Part shown: in pieces, positions 19,713-28,477 of the stretch | How positions within the stretch are numbered: position 1 is the first letter of the stretch | Layout: each line of letters begins with the position of its first letter | IMG/VR virus record: IMGVR_UViG_3300021091_000011 | From: a virus | Taxonomy: Duplodnaviria > Caudoviricetes | Length of the DNA stretch: 64,000 bases | Strand: one strand, 5' to 3' | Program-made: the position numbers and the translations under genes | The notes under the pieces: model-generated | Database searches by the model: none | The model's input: the letters and a program-made list of their open reading frames with translations, nothing else | Told to the model about the DNA's origin: nothing

Positions 19713-19762
19713 GCTTACACCATCCAAACGGTTAGCACGCCCTGAAAAAACCGGAAATCGAC
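19713..19762 (-). promoter_or_regulatory. Conserved early-type promoter/operator motif, leftward copy
   Basis: Minus strand GTCGATTTCCGGTTTTTT...AACCGTTTGGATGGTGTAAGC; inverted relative to 19769-19814. Confidence 0.65.
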
Positions 19763-19768
19763 ATTCAC

Positions 19769-19814
19769 TTTTTCGGTTTTTTGCACGCCACGAAACCGTT
19801 TGGATGGTGTAAGC
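19769..19814 (+). promoter_or_regulatory. Conserved early-type promoter/operator motif, rightward copy
   Basis: TTTTTCGGTTTTTT...AACCGTTTGGATGGTGTAAGC followed by AAGGAG and the ATG at 19837. Confidence 0.7.
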
Positions 19815-19836
19815 AGAATCTCAAGGAGCGGCGAAT

Positions 19837-20013
19837 ATGAGCACTCGATTCATGGTGATCTTTGTCATGCTGGCCGTGGGCTTCACGGCGTTCGCAGCGG
19901 CACCCCGCGAGCCCCGCCACGTCGTCCTCGTGGACGGCGTGGAGCATGAGGCGCTGATCACGCCGAGCGGCGTGATTCTGGTCAACCGCAAGACGGGCGA
20001 AGTCTTGCCGTGA
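19837..20013 (+). CDS. Small protein with N-terminal signal/TM segment
   Basis: My translation: MSTRFMVIFVMLAVGFTAFAAAPREPRHVVLVDGVEHEALITPSGVILVNRKTGEVLP (58 aa); has an RBS; its stop overlaps the next GTG. Confidence 0.7.
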   Translation: MSTRFMVIFVMLAVGFTAFAAAPREPRHVVLVDGVEHEALITPSGVILVNRKTGEVLP

Positions 20014-20264
20014 GGGATTGGCTGAAAAAAAAAGGTTTCGTCCCCCATGGCTCAGGCTATCAGGGGGACATAGGGCCTTATCGCATTCACGTCCGTCCGT
20101 ATTTGGACGGGCGGGAATGGGAGGCCGTCGATCCGGTGACGTCGGTGATGGGCCATGGGGCTACGCCGCAAGAGGCGTTGCTCGACCTCATCGAAAGCAT
20201 GGAGGCGCGGAAAGCCCGCCTGAATGCCATGCTTCGACTAATGCGAGAGTTCGTTATCGAATGA
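20010..20264 (+). CDS. Small protein with HicB-like motif
   Basis: WEAVDP...MGHGATPQEALLDL resembles the HicB G-x-T-x-E-E-A motif. Confidence 0.5.
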   Translation: MRDWLKKKGFVPHGSGYQGDIGPYRIHVRPYLDGREWEAVDPVTSVMGHGATPQEALLDLIESMEARKARLNAMLRLMREFVIE

Positions 20265-21480
20265 TCTCGAAAGCCTGATTCCGGTTCGCAAAGAACGGGT
20301 CTCGGATGGCGACGAGATTTAAGTTCTGGTACACGAAGAACTGCGACGGCGATCCGGTATCGAACAATTGATCGTCGGTCAAGCCCGCAACGGCTTGGTC
20401 CTCGGCTACGGTTCCGGGAATAACGCGGTTCGCTTCCCAATTCAGAGGGAAGTGCATGGACCAATCCGTTTGGATGGTCATGCTAATCGACGCCGTGTAG
20501 AAGTAATCGTCGGCATTTTCGTCGTAGGCTTCTTCGGCCTCGCCGCCCATGCTGACGTTAATGATCTCGATACCCTCGCCGGATAAACGCCCGCGCAAAT
20601 CTGCATACAGGAACAAAAGCGTCCGGTCGGTGACCTCACCCGTAGCGAGAACGTCGCGGGTCATCAGGTCCATATCGACGTTGAGTTCCCAACGCCCGCC
20701 GTACTCCAAGGCACAAGCCTCGCGGGTACGTCCAACCACGACGGTCATAATGTCGCCGTCTTGAACCCTTCGGCCAAAGGCCAGCACCACGCCAGGAATT
20801 GCATGATTGTTCGAGCCGTTCTGCGTGATCAGAAAAGGTCCACGGCTTTCGCCCGCATAACGGTAATCAACGGATAAGTAAGTATTGGAGGCAATCGGTT
20901 GAGCGAGCGTGATTTGGCCGTTAGTCGCGTCTGCTGTGTAGTTAATGCCTTCGTAGAGCAAGATATTGCCGGGCATTTCATAAACGCGAAGGCTTCCCGG
21001 ATGAAAAGACCCCTGCGCGACCTCATACAAACGCGGGTTCATCGTTAGTGGGCGTTCATCGAGGATTTCAATCAGCGGGTCAACGTAAAAAACGTATTGC
21101 TCCGAAGGCGTGGGTTCGCCGTAGAGTTCACGTCTGATTTCTATGTAGTAGACACCGGGCAACGAAGGGAATACGCCGTTGTTGCGCTGAATAGCGAGCG
21201 CATCTTCGCGCACCCATTCGATTGACGTACCGTTCTTGCCGAGTACGCGGGCAAGATTGCAGTACGAAACGACGACACCCTGATAGTGATCGGCACTCAG
21301 GATTTGCGGGTTCGCGCTCGCGCCCTTGACGATGATCGCCTGTTGGGGGCGTTCTCGAAACGAGTAGCGGCCTTGAATGTTCGGCACTAACGAATCACGG
21401 TAGATCGGGTCCAAAGACCAGAACGAACGTAACTCCTGCAAGATGCGGCGTTTAACCGCCTCCGTCAGATTAGCGAACAT
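20254..21480 (-). CDS. Hypothetical structural protein (neck/tail-completion-like)
   Basis: 408 aa; located upstream of the sheath in the late operon; contains GQITLAQP-type beta domains. The call is positional. Confidence 0.5.
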   Translation of the reverse strand: MFANLTEAVKRRILQELRSFWSLDPIYRDSLVPNIQGRYSFRERPQQAIIVKGASANPQILSADHYQGVVVSYCNLARVLGKNGTSIEWVREDALAIQRNNGVFPSLPGVYYIEIRRELYGEPTPSEQYVFYVDPLIEILDERPLTMNPRLYEVAQGSFHPGSLRVYEMPGNILLYEGINYTADATNGQITLAQPIASNTYLSVDYRYAGESRGPFLITQNGSNNHAIPGVVLAFGRRVQDGDIMTVVVGRTREACALEYGGRWELNVDMDLMTRDVLATGEVTDRTLLFLYADLRGRLSGEGIEIINVSMGGEAEEAYDENADDYFYTASISMTIQTDWSMHFPLNWEANRVIPGTVAEDQAVAGLTDDQLFDTGSPSQFFVYQNLNLVAIRDPFFANRNQAFEIIR

Positions 21481-21494
21481 TCAGACACCCGCTT

Positions 21495-22340
21495 TTATCG
21501 GCGGCTATTGATTTCCCGCAGCCAAGAAGCCATGAGCGCGCGGTTCGCTTTCGCGGCAGGCGCAATATTGGGCTCTTCGGACTTTACGACCAAACGGCTA
21601 AGTGTAGCCGCACCCTCCGCACCAGGCTGCTCTTCTAAAATCTCCGCAGGCGTCGGCGGGGTCTTGCGTACTTGGCGCATGATTTTACCGTCGCCGTGTT
21701 CCTTGGCGAAATCTTTGCCGACAGAGGGCACGTTCGTCGGCGCACCTGATTCGGCGAACTCGCGGGTTTCGCGCTTTTGCGGATTGTCGAAGAATTGTCC
21801 CTCGGCAGAGGGAGCGACAGGATGAGCCGCGCGACGTCCCATGACCGCAGGCCACGCGGAAGCGGGCGCACCCAACACCTGCTGAAGCAGATATTGATTC
21901 GACTCGTGGGCGTTAGCCGTAGCCGCCAACCAATCGTCCAAACCCAAAGGCATCGGATATCTCTCGTTCGGCCAACTGTTGCTCACGATTGAGAGTGCGT
22001 CTTGCAACTCGCCCTCGGACGTCAAGCCGCGCTGGAAGTGGCACTCGTGCGAGCACCAACGACCGACCATATCGCAGATCATGTTGAGAGAGACTTCGAG
22101 GTCAACGGCCTCAATGCCGAAATAGCCCACGAGCTTTTCGCCAATCGCGTCGATCTCTTCCTGCACGCCCTCATAAAGCCGTTGAAAGAGCAAATGGTTG
22201 CCGTAGTACGCGGGACCACGAGTCTGCCAATGGCTCGTCTGGTATGACAAATACTGCGCGCGAAGAATCGCCAGCACAATGCGGAGCATCGGCAGCACTT
22301 CCTCACGGATCGCAGGATCGAGATAAGCCTTGCGCTTCAT
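21495..22340 (-). CDS. Dps/ferritin-like protein with C-terminal extension
   Basis: SHWQTRG..YYGNHLLFQRLYE...EIDAIGEK matches the Dps HW...H..F..LY...D..AE ferroxidase pattern. Confidence 0.75.
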   Translation of the reverse strand: MKRKAYLDPAIREEVLPMLRIVLAILRAQYLSYQTSHWQTRGPAYYGNHLLFQRLYEGVQEEIDAIGEKLVGYFGIEAVDLEVSLNMICDMVGRWCSHECHFQRGLTSEGELQDALSIVSNSWPNERYPMPLGLDDWLAATANAHESNQYLLQQVLGAPASAWPAVMGRRAAHPVAPSAEGQFFDNPQKRETREFAESGAPTNVPSVGKDFAKEHGDGKIMRQVRKTPPTPAEILEEQPGAEGAATLSRLVVKSEEPNIAPAAKANRALMASWLREINSRR

Positions 22341-22360
22341 TTCACATCCCTTAGAAAGTA

Positions 22361-22723
22361 TCAGCCCTTGAACTTGTCGCCGTACTTCTCTTTATTCGCG
22401 GCCCAATCGTCTTGAACGGACTTGGGCTGCGTCTTAAGCCACTTCTCGAAACCCGCCGTATCGCCCTCGGCGAAACGAGCCTCACGGCGATTGGCAAAGC
22501 GCCACTTCTTCAGCATCGCCATACGGGTCATATCGAGCGGGGGGCCGAGTTCCCCATCCATCTGAGCGTCTTGAAGTTGCTCGAAGTTTTCCTGCGTGAA
22601 ATGGTCGTCCATCCACGGCTCGTCGCTATCCAACGTCTCAAGCGGGCCACGAACAGGCTGACCGATTTCGTGAGCGTCAAAGTTAGCACGGCGGCGCGCA
22701 GCAATCTCAATGGGAAGTTTCAT
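22361..22723 (-). CDS. Hypothetical protein
   Basis: 120-aa ORF in the operon, with RBS. Confidence 0.7.
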   Translation of the reverse strand: MKLPIEIAARRRANFDAHEIGQPVRGPLETLDSDEPWMDDHFTQENFEQLQDAQMDGELGPPLDMTRMAMLKKWRFANRREARFAEGDTAGFEKWLKTQPKSVQDDWAANKEKYGDKFKG

Positions 22724-22732
22724 GCGAATCTC

Positions 22733-23164
22733 CTAGATAAAGACGTCGTAGCCGACCTGACCCGTGATGGTCGCGCCAGCCTGCACGGTGAATCCCGTGA
22801 TAGTCTTGTTAGTGATACGAAGCGGAGCGAAGATGCTCGGCGAGAGTTGAACGCGGTAGTTCGTATTCGACAAAGGCGTGGCGAATACGACGTCCTTGTA
22901 AGTCTCGGCGGTGAAAGTTAGGATGCCGTTGATTGCACTTACGAGGGCCAAGATCGACTCCACTTCAGAAGTCGCCGCGCAAATGTCGTCGGTGACTGAT
23001 TGCGGCAATCGAGTGTAAGGGCTGACCACCATGCCGTAGCGATCCGTGATTTCACGAACGTACACGCGGCCTGTGGTCGCGTCCGCGCCAATCGTGAACG
23101 TGAAATACTCGGGGGGCACACCCGACCGATACACGAACTCCGATATGACGAGTGACGCGGACAT
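22733..23164 (-). CDS. Hypothetical structural protein
   Basis: The C-terminal VVFATPLSNTNYRVQL...ITNKTITGFTV segment resembles the C-terminus of 3707-5257. Confidence 0.65.
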   Translation of the reverse strand: MSASLVISEFVYRSGVPPEYFTFTIGADATTGRVYVREITDRYGMVVSPYTRLPQSVTDDICAATSEVESILALVSAINGILTFTAETYKDVVFATPLSNTNYRVQLSPSIFAPLRITNKTITGFTVQAGATITGQVGYDVFI

Positions 23165-23476
23165 TCACCAAATCCCCGACGTTTCGCAGCCGTGTTTCTG
23201 GAACCAAGCGTCAAGTTCAATCAAGCCGTCACGATTGGACGACCAGACTTCAAGACGGTCGAAGCCGACCTTCACGCCCAAATCGGTAATCGGTTTGACC
23301 GAACCGAGTTTCAAACGCCCATCCCGAAATGACCGGAGCATGGTCGGAAGATTCTTGATTGGGTTCGCAGGCTGGTAGACCGTGAGCCTATATTCATCGC
23401 GCACGTTTGAATCTAGCCAACGGGAGGCGATCTTACGGGCGAGGTCTACTACTTTAGTAGGGGCTTCATCTTTCAC
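23165..23476 (-). CDS. Hypothetical protein
   Basis: 103 aa; abuts the next ATG. Confidence 0.7.
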   Translation of the reverse strand: MKDEAPTKVVDLARKIASRWLDSNVRDEYRLTVYQPANPIKNLPTMLRSFRDGRLKLGSVKPITDLGVKVGFDRLEVWSSNRDGLIELDAWFQKHGCETSGIW

Positions 23477-23506
23477 GCTATCCGCGATTCAATAAACGGT
23501 CTAGCG

Positions 23507-24121
23507 TTAGGCGATGACGTAAATCATCGGATCATTCCAAGCACCACGTTGAACCTGCTTCATAATGTTCAAGTGCGCGGCGACGTGCTTGAAAAGCAGC
23601 ACATAGTTATCCATGCCTCGCATTCCCTCAAGCGCACGCAAAGTACGGAAGAACCGATGGCGCACATAACCTTGAGTCACATCCAAACTGCGAGCAACCG
23701 TGCTTTGGCACGTTGACTCGATCATTTCGAGCATAATGCGAACGTCAACGGGGTCCGAGATTACGGATCGAAGATCGAACTCGATTCGATCCTTGTCATA
23801 CTCGGGCATCGTAAGCACATACTTAATGCGTGTAGCCGCCCGACGTAAACGATAGCAAACAGTCGGTTGGCTCACACCGAAAAGATCAGCGATTGCAGAT
23901 TGGCGCAGGCGTTGAAAAAAATAAAGCTCTAGGTAGTCGGCTTCTCGCGGGTGCAGATAGGCCAGCGCGTCTCGCACCTTTGAAAAGTCAGCGGCGCGGT
24001 CTTCACGCAACGCCTCGACGAAGGTTAAATCCGAAGCGGAGAGTGCGTCGTCATTGGAGAACACCGCTTCAATGTCAGCGGGGTCCATGATCACATGGCT
24101 ATTCCAGAAACTATCACTCAT
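23507..24121 (-). CDS. Transcription regulator with two sigma70 region-4-like HTH units
   Basis: LHPREADYLELYFFQRLRQSAIADLFGVSQPTVCYRLRRA and a second unit QSTVARSLDVTQGYVRHRFFRT. ATG at 24121 overlaps the nusG stop. Confidence 0.75.
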   Translation of the reverse strand: MSDSFWNSHVIMDPADIEAVFSNDDALSASDLTFVEALREDRAADFSKVRDALAYLHPREADYLELYFFQRLRQSAIADLFGVSQPTVCYRLRRAATRIKYVLTMPEYDKDRIEFDLRSVISDPVDVRIMLEMIESTCQSTVARSLDVTQGYVRHRFFRTLRALEGMRGMDNYVLLFKHVAAHLNIMKQVQRGAWNDPMIYVIA

Positions 24122-24752
24122 CGTCGTACCCCCTATATAACGGGTCCGCGTCGGAATCCTGTTCATAGTAGTTGGGATAAATGTCTGAAGGTGAGTCAAA
24201 ACCCAACACACCGTCAGCGGGACGAAGTGAATAGCGGGGGAAAACGCGGATCGTCTCTATTGTCCGCATTTTGATAAGCACGAAAGCGTCGTCACCGTGT
24301 ATATCTATGACTTTGCCAGTTAACCCACGATGCAGTCCGTCGTGAACGCGAACTTCGCTGTTGATTTCGATCTCGCGCGAGATCATCTGGCGAAGTCGTG
24401 TTTGAAGGTCCAACACGGACTTATTCGGCACGGGCGTTAATACGCGGATCACGCCGGGACGATTCTGAGACAGGACGGTTTTTACGTTCGGGCTTTTATT
24501 GTGAAGCCCGAAGTACGTCGTGTCAGGTAGTCCCGTAGCAATGAAAGCATAGCCTTCGATTACATTGATGACCGAACGACGCTTGTGCCGAACGATCACC
24601 GTGTAGGGGACGAATATAGGATGGTCGTCGGGACAATCCAAAACGCTGCGGAGGTGCGATTCTAAACCGCCTTCTTCCGCGAGCCGTTCCCCTGCGTCTG
24701 TTAGTTCTACGACGACCCAAGTAAGATCGTCACGTTGATCCCGTTCCCGCAC
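24114..24752 (-). CDS. nusG: NusG-family transcription elongation factor
   Basis: NGN-like WVVVEL...IFVP...IEGYAFI and KOW motif EVRVHDGLHRGLTGKVIDI. Confidence 0.8.
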   Translation of the reverse strand: MRERDQRDDLTWVVVELTDAGERLAEEGGLESHLRSVLDCPDDHPIFVPYTVIVRHKRRSVINVIEGYAFIATGLPDTTYFGLHNKSPNVKTVLSQNRPGVIRVLTPVPNKSVLDLQTRLRQMISREIEINSEVRVHDGLHRGLTGKVIDIHGDDAFVLIKMRTIETIRVFPRYSLRPADGVLGFDSPSDIYPNYYEQDSDADPLYRGYDDE

Positions 24753-26079
24753 CCGTTAATCTCCGATAATGGAAACCGACGAGGTTGCGGAAAGCATCGG
24801 CGTCAAGTGCCGATACAGGAATCGTGGCCGTAGATTGCGTGCGACGCTTTGATGCACCGCCGCCAACAGCACGCGGATCGACTTGAACAACAGCGTTTGC
24901 AGAGGGCTTTGGTGCATTTATGCCTACATTACCCGCAGGCATAACTTTTTCGGGCACCGCTGTAAAAGTGGACGCGGCTTTGGCGACGGTAACGACAACC
25001 GCCTCAGAAGAAACGCCATGAACGATGCCGTTGTGAACAGCCGCAGCATCCAAAAGAAGCGTGTGCGGGGTCGGACGTTTCGGTGGTGCCGAAAAGCGTG
25101 AACTGATCGCAAGTAACTGCGCGCCCTTTTCGGCAAGGGCTTTGATTCGGTCCTGCGCCCAATGCGCCTGAATCTTACCGACGCCCAAATGCGCGCGATA
25201 CGCCGTTAAAGAAGCCTCGGCCAATCGCTCATACGCCGAAGTCGGGCTAGTCGAATCCGCAAGTGCCGACGCAGCACGAGCGACCGCTGCTTGGTCCAGC
25301 CCTATCGCGTCGAGCAAGTCTAGGACCAGATCATTTGAACCCAAGCCTAGATATGACGTGACGTTCGTGCGGGTGGCAGAACCAAGCACGGAAACACCCT
25401 CAAGCGTCTTGAGCGCGTCCCGAATATGGCATTCCGTAACCTCGGCAATCGTCACCAAAGCATCGTGCTCATAGGTAATGCCCTCTTGAGCACAAACCCA
25501 CGCCAGCCGATCCGCGATGCCCTCGGGCGTGACGGCCTTGATGACGAAAGCCGGAGCGCAACGTGAAAAGATGGTCGGCTGCATCTTTTCAGGCTCGGTC
25601 GTACAGAAGATGCAGACGAGTTGCTTATCTTCCGTGCCCGAAATGCAATCTTCCATCGGCTTGAGCACCGCGTCCAACGCGCTTTTGCTCAACCGATGGG
25701 ATTCGTCAAAGAGATAAATGCGCCGCTTGCCCGAAAAAGATGAATACTGAATATCCTCGGTGATCTTCAGCATATCCTCTTTGGTGGACTTCGTGGCCGC
25801 ATCGAGTTCGGTGAAGCACTCGTGCTGCTTGCCCTGCAAGATCGCAAGGCAGGACTCACAAGCGTCACACGGTTCACCGTCCACGGGTGCAGAGCACAAA
25901 AGGGCGCGTGCAAGGATGCGCCCCATGGTCGTCTTGCCGGACCCATGCTGCCCGCAAAAGACGTAGGACTGATGGTAGCCCTTACCCTCTTTGAGCAGTT
26001 GGCGCAGAATCAGAACCGACGACTCTTGACCGAGTACGTCGCTGTATTTGCGTGGCCTATAACGGGTATCAAGGGCCAC
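24730..26079 (-). CDS. dnaX: DNA polymerase III gamma/tau (clamp-loader ATPase)
   Basis: YRPRKYSDVLGQ, GQHGSGKTT, Zn module C...PCDACESC, ELDAA, DESH and SRC motifs. Confidence 0.93.
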   Translation of the reverse strand: MALDTRYRPRKYSDVLGQESSVLILRQLLKEGKGYHQSYVFCGQHGSGKTTMGRILARALLCSAPVDGEPCDACESCLAILQGKQHECFTELDAATKSTKEDMLKITEDIQYSSFSGKRRIYLFDESHRLSKSALDAVLKPMEDCISGTEDKQLVCIFCTTEPEKMQPTIFSRCAPAFVIKAVTPEGIADRLAWVCAQEGITYEHDALVTIAEVTECHIRDALKTLEGVSVLGSATRTNVTSYLGLGSNDLVLDLLDAIGLDQAAVARAASALADSTSPTSAYERLAEASLTAYRAHLGVGKIQAHWAQDRIKALAEKGAQLLAISSRFSAPPKRPTPHTLLLDAAAVHNGIVHGVSSEAVVVTVAKAASTFTAVPEKVMPAGNVGINAPKPSANAVVQVDPRAVGGGASKRRTQSTATIPVSALDADAFRNLVGFHYRRLTGAGTGST

Positions 26080-26096
26080 AAAGGGCTCCGTTCAGG

Positions 26097-26564
26097 TCAG
26101 TCGTCGGAACCGAAGATTTCTTCGACGGGCGAGGACTTGTCCCCACCATCGCCCTCGTCCTTCGGGAACCACATACCGTACCGCTCGATGTTGTCGCGGA
26201 ACGCAGCGATGTCAGGCTTGGCAATCGAGCACTTCGGCTCGGCGGTCTTGGGGTCTTCTTCGCAGCGGCAAGAACAAAGCAAATGGTCAAGCAAAGCCTC
26301 GCGCTTCACATTGTCCAACTCGTTCTCCCAAACGTCCGCGCCGATTTCGAGCATAAACTTGTAAGACGTGTTGCCGATGGCATTCGCAATCGGCGCAACC
26401 TTGCGGCTCGTGCCGAGCGTCACCTTGCCGCCCGACTTGCCCGCCTTATCGCGGAACACGACCACAATCTCATCGACTACGAGAACCAAGTCAGGGTGAT
26501 TGTTCGCCACCAGCCGCTTGATAATCTCGTGAACGTCCTCGCCTGCTTTCCAAAAATCAGCCAT
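26097..26564 (-). CDS. Phage metallopeptidase-like protein with degenerate active site
   Basis: The family pattern ALLDHELxH reads ALLDHLLCSC; downstream ...PDIAAFRDNIERYG is retained. Confidence 0.55.
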   Translation of the reverse strand: MADFWKAGEDVHEIIKRLVANNHPDLVLVVDEIVVVFRDKAGKSGGKVTLGTSRKVAPIANAIGNTSYKFMLEIGADVWENELDNVKREALLDHLLCSCRCEEDPKTAEPKCSIAKPDIAAFRDNIERYGMWFPKDEGDGGDKSSPVEEIFGSDD

Positions 26565-27297
26565 GAGTCAAACTCCCATTCAAGTATGAAGAAAAGGCCG
26601 AACGCAAAGCGTCACGGCCACCAGAGTCCCAAATCTCGCCTGGGTCTTTGCCGCCTCGATATCGCACGACGCGGACGTTGACATTTACACGCTCTAGCAT
26701 CTGCTTTGCCCCCTTATGAAACGCGCCCGTGCTATCAACACGGCCCTCGGCCATGCCACGTCCGGTCGAGTCTTCATCGAAGCACAAGTAAGCCGTCGCG
26801 CCACGTTGCAAAAATCGAGATAGAAACTGAGCGTGCGAATAAGACAATCGGGCACCGCCGCAAGCCAAAGCCACACCTTGCGTGACGTGCGCGATTGCGA
26901 GGTCGAAAATACCTTCGACTAACCAGACGTCAGCGCCGGACCAGATACGTTGCATGGCCGTATGATTCATGCCCGAAAACGTCGCGGTCCATTTCGACGG
27001 CGGGAGATAATGCTTCATCACCGCCTTTTCACCCTGCCACTTGCGAAACTCAACGCCAAGTAACTTGCCCGAAGGTGCCCACAAGGGAATCGTGAGCCAA
27101 CCCGCCACGGCGTCACCATGCGCGCCAAAGCGTCGAGTAAACTCCGCGTCCGGACTCGGTTCTTCAGGTGGAATCCAGACGCCCACCCTGCACTCTTCCA
27201 ATATGGATTGCGGCAACCCACGGCCAAGGCAATAGCCTTCGGCTTCCTCGGGCATTTCAAACGCCGAGTTAATAAGTGCCTGTTGCAACCAGATCAC
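26557..27297 (-). CDS. DnaG-like primase (Toprim core, no Zn-binding domain)
   Basis: TIPL...G..LGVEFR, VWLVEGIFD, CFDEDSTG and KDPGE motifs; GTG start overlaps the upstream TGA. Confidence 0.85.
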   Translation of the reverse strand: MIWLQQALINSAFEMPEEAEGYCLGRGLPQSILEECRVGVWIPPEEPSPDAEFTRRFGAHGDAVAGWLTIPLWAPSGKLLGVEFRKWQGEKAVMKHYLPPSKWTATFSGMNHTAMQRIWSGADVWLVEGIFDLAIAHVTQGVALACGGARLSYSHAQFLSRFLQRGATAYLCFDEDSTGRGMAEGRVDSTGAFHKGAKQMLERVNVNVRVVRYRGGKDPGEIWDSGGRDALRSAFSSYLNGSLTHG

Positions 27298-27776
27298 GGG
27301 CGAACGATGCCCATTCCCCGTGAGGCATTGTGAACGACTATTGCCGCCCAATCGCCTTCGCAAACAAATGCCGTGCCCAAGTATTTACGGTCTGCGGGCA
27401 CAAAGACGTGCGTGACGGATTCAGGAAGCCACGGCGCGTTTTCACGGTCCAACACGTCGTACTCCGTAAAGTCATACTCGGCCAAACGTGCTTCGGCCTC
27501 GGCTAACGTCTTTACGGCGCAGCCCCATTCGTTTTCGTCCGATGCCTTGAGTACGGCGTCTACAACCTCGGCAAACAACGCCGTTGGCGTGGATTGCCGA
27601 AGGGCAGCACGAACGCATCCGGTCTTTGGGAAAGCCTGAGCAACCCAAGCGAATGCCCTAGTCGTAGAAATCAGATAAGGGCCGGACTCTTGAGGAACAG
27701 GAGCCTCAAGAAATAAAGGACGTCGCCCTTTGCCGCCAAAAGCCAAAGGCTCAATGTGCAGCAACGCTGGATTCAC
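27294..27776 (-). CDS. Hypothetical protein
   Basis: GTGA overlaps at both ends. Confidence 0.7.
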   Translation of the reverse strand: MNPALLHIEPLAFGGKGRRPLFLEAPVPQESGPYLISTTRAFAWVAQAFPKTGCVRAALRQSTPTALFAEVVDAVLKASDENEWGCAVKTLAEAEARLAEYDFTEYDVLDRENAPWLPESVTHVFVPADRKYLGTAFVCEGDWAAIVVHNASRGMGIVRP

Positions 27777-28477
27777 GACTTCTTCCAGATACGATCTATG
27801 AACGCCGTGAAAACCAACGCTATCGGACGCAGCCAAGCCATAAAAGCGTTAGGCTTCGGCACGGAAAGGCGGGCAACCTCGGACTTGAGCGCGTCAATCT
27901 CGGCTTGCTTTGATCGCACTTGCTTATTCGCCAGACTCAAATCTTCTTCGAGCACGACGATTTCTTCGGCTTGTGCTTTTAGATCAGCGGCCATTTCTCC
28001 GTGATCCGCTAAACGGTCTTCTAGTGCGCTTTTCACCACGTCGGCGTCACTAACGCTCGTAACCCAAATGGGTACGCCTTCGACCTCACCCGCAGAATAG
28101 GGGTCGGGGTATTCGGCACGATCATCGTCAAGCGACCAAATCAACGCGGCTACGTCGCTATACTTGGCGGCGATTTCACTCGGCGGGGATTTCTTGAAAA
28201 ACGACTTGACCTGATTACGGGCATTGTCCGGCGTGTGCAGGGCTTCGTAGAACGAACAGCCCACGGCCCGATCAGCAAAGCGCGTGTCACAGGATTTGCC
28301 CTTCTTCGGACAATCCGACGATGCACAGAAACCAACCTTGCCGAATCCGGCGAGTTCTAATTGGCGATTGTGCGCGCAGTTAGAGGGCTTGATTGCCAGC
28401 AAGTCCTCGATCTCACGCTTGGCGTGCCGAAACTGAACCTGCTTGAGTTTGTGGGCAATCTCGGCTTCGGTTTTCAT
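27773..28477 (-). CDS. Hypothetical protein, Cys-rich N-terminus with coiled-coil C-terminus
   Basis: 234-aa ORF coupled to both neighbours. Confidence 0.7.
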   Translation of the reverse strand: MKTEAEIAHKLKQVQFRHAKREIEDLLAIKPSNCAHNRQLELAGFGKVGFCASSDCPKKGKSCDTRFADRAVGCSFYEALHTPDNARNQVKSFFKKSPPSEIAAKYSDVAALIWSLDDDRAEYPDPYSAGEVEGVPIWVTSVSDADVVKSALEDRLADHGEMAADLKAQAEEIVVLEEDLSLANKQVRSKQAEIDALKSEVARLSVPKPNAFMAWLRPIALVFTAFIDRIWKKS

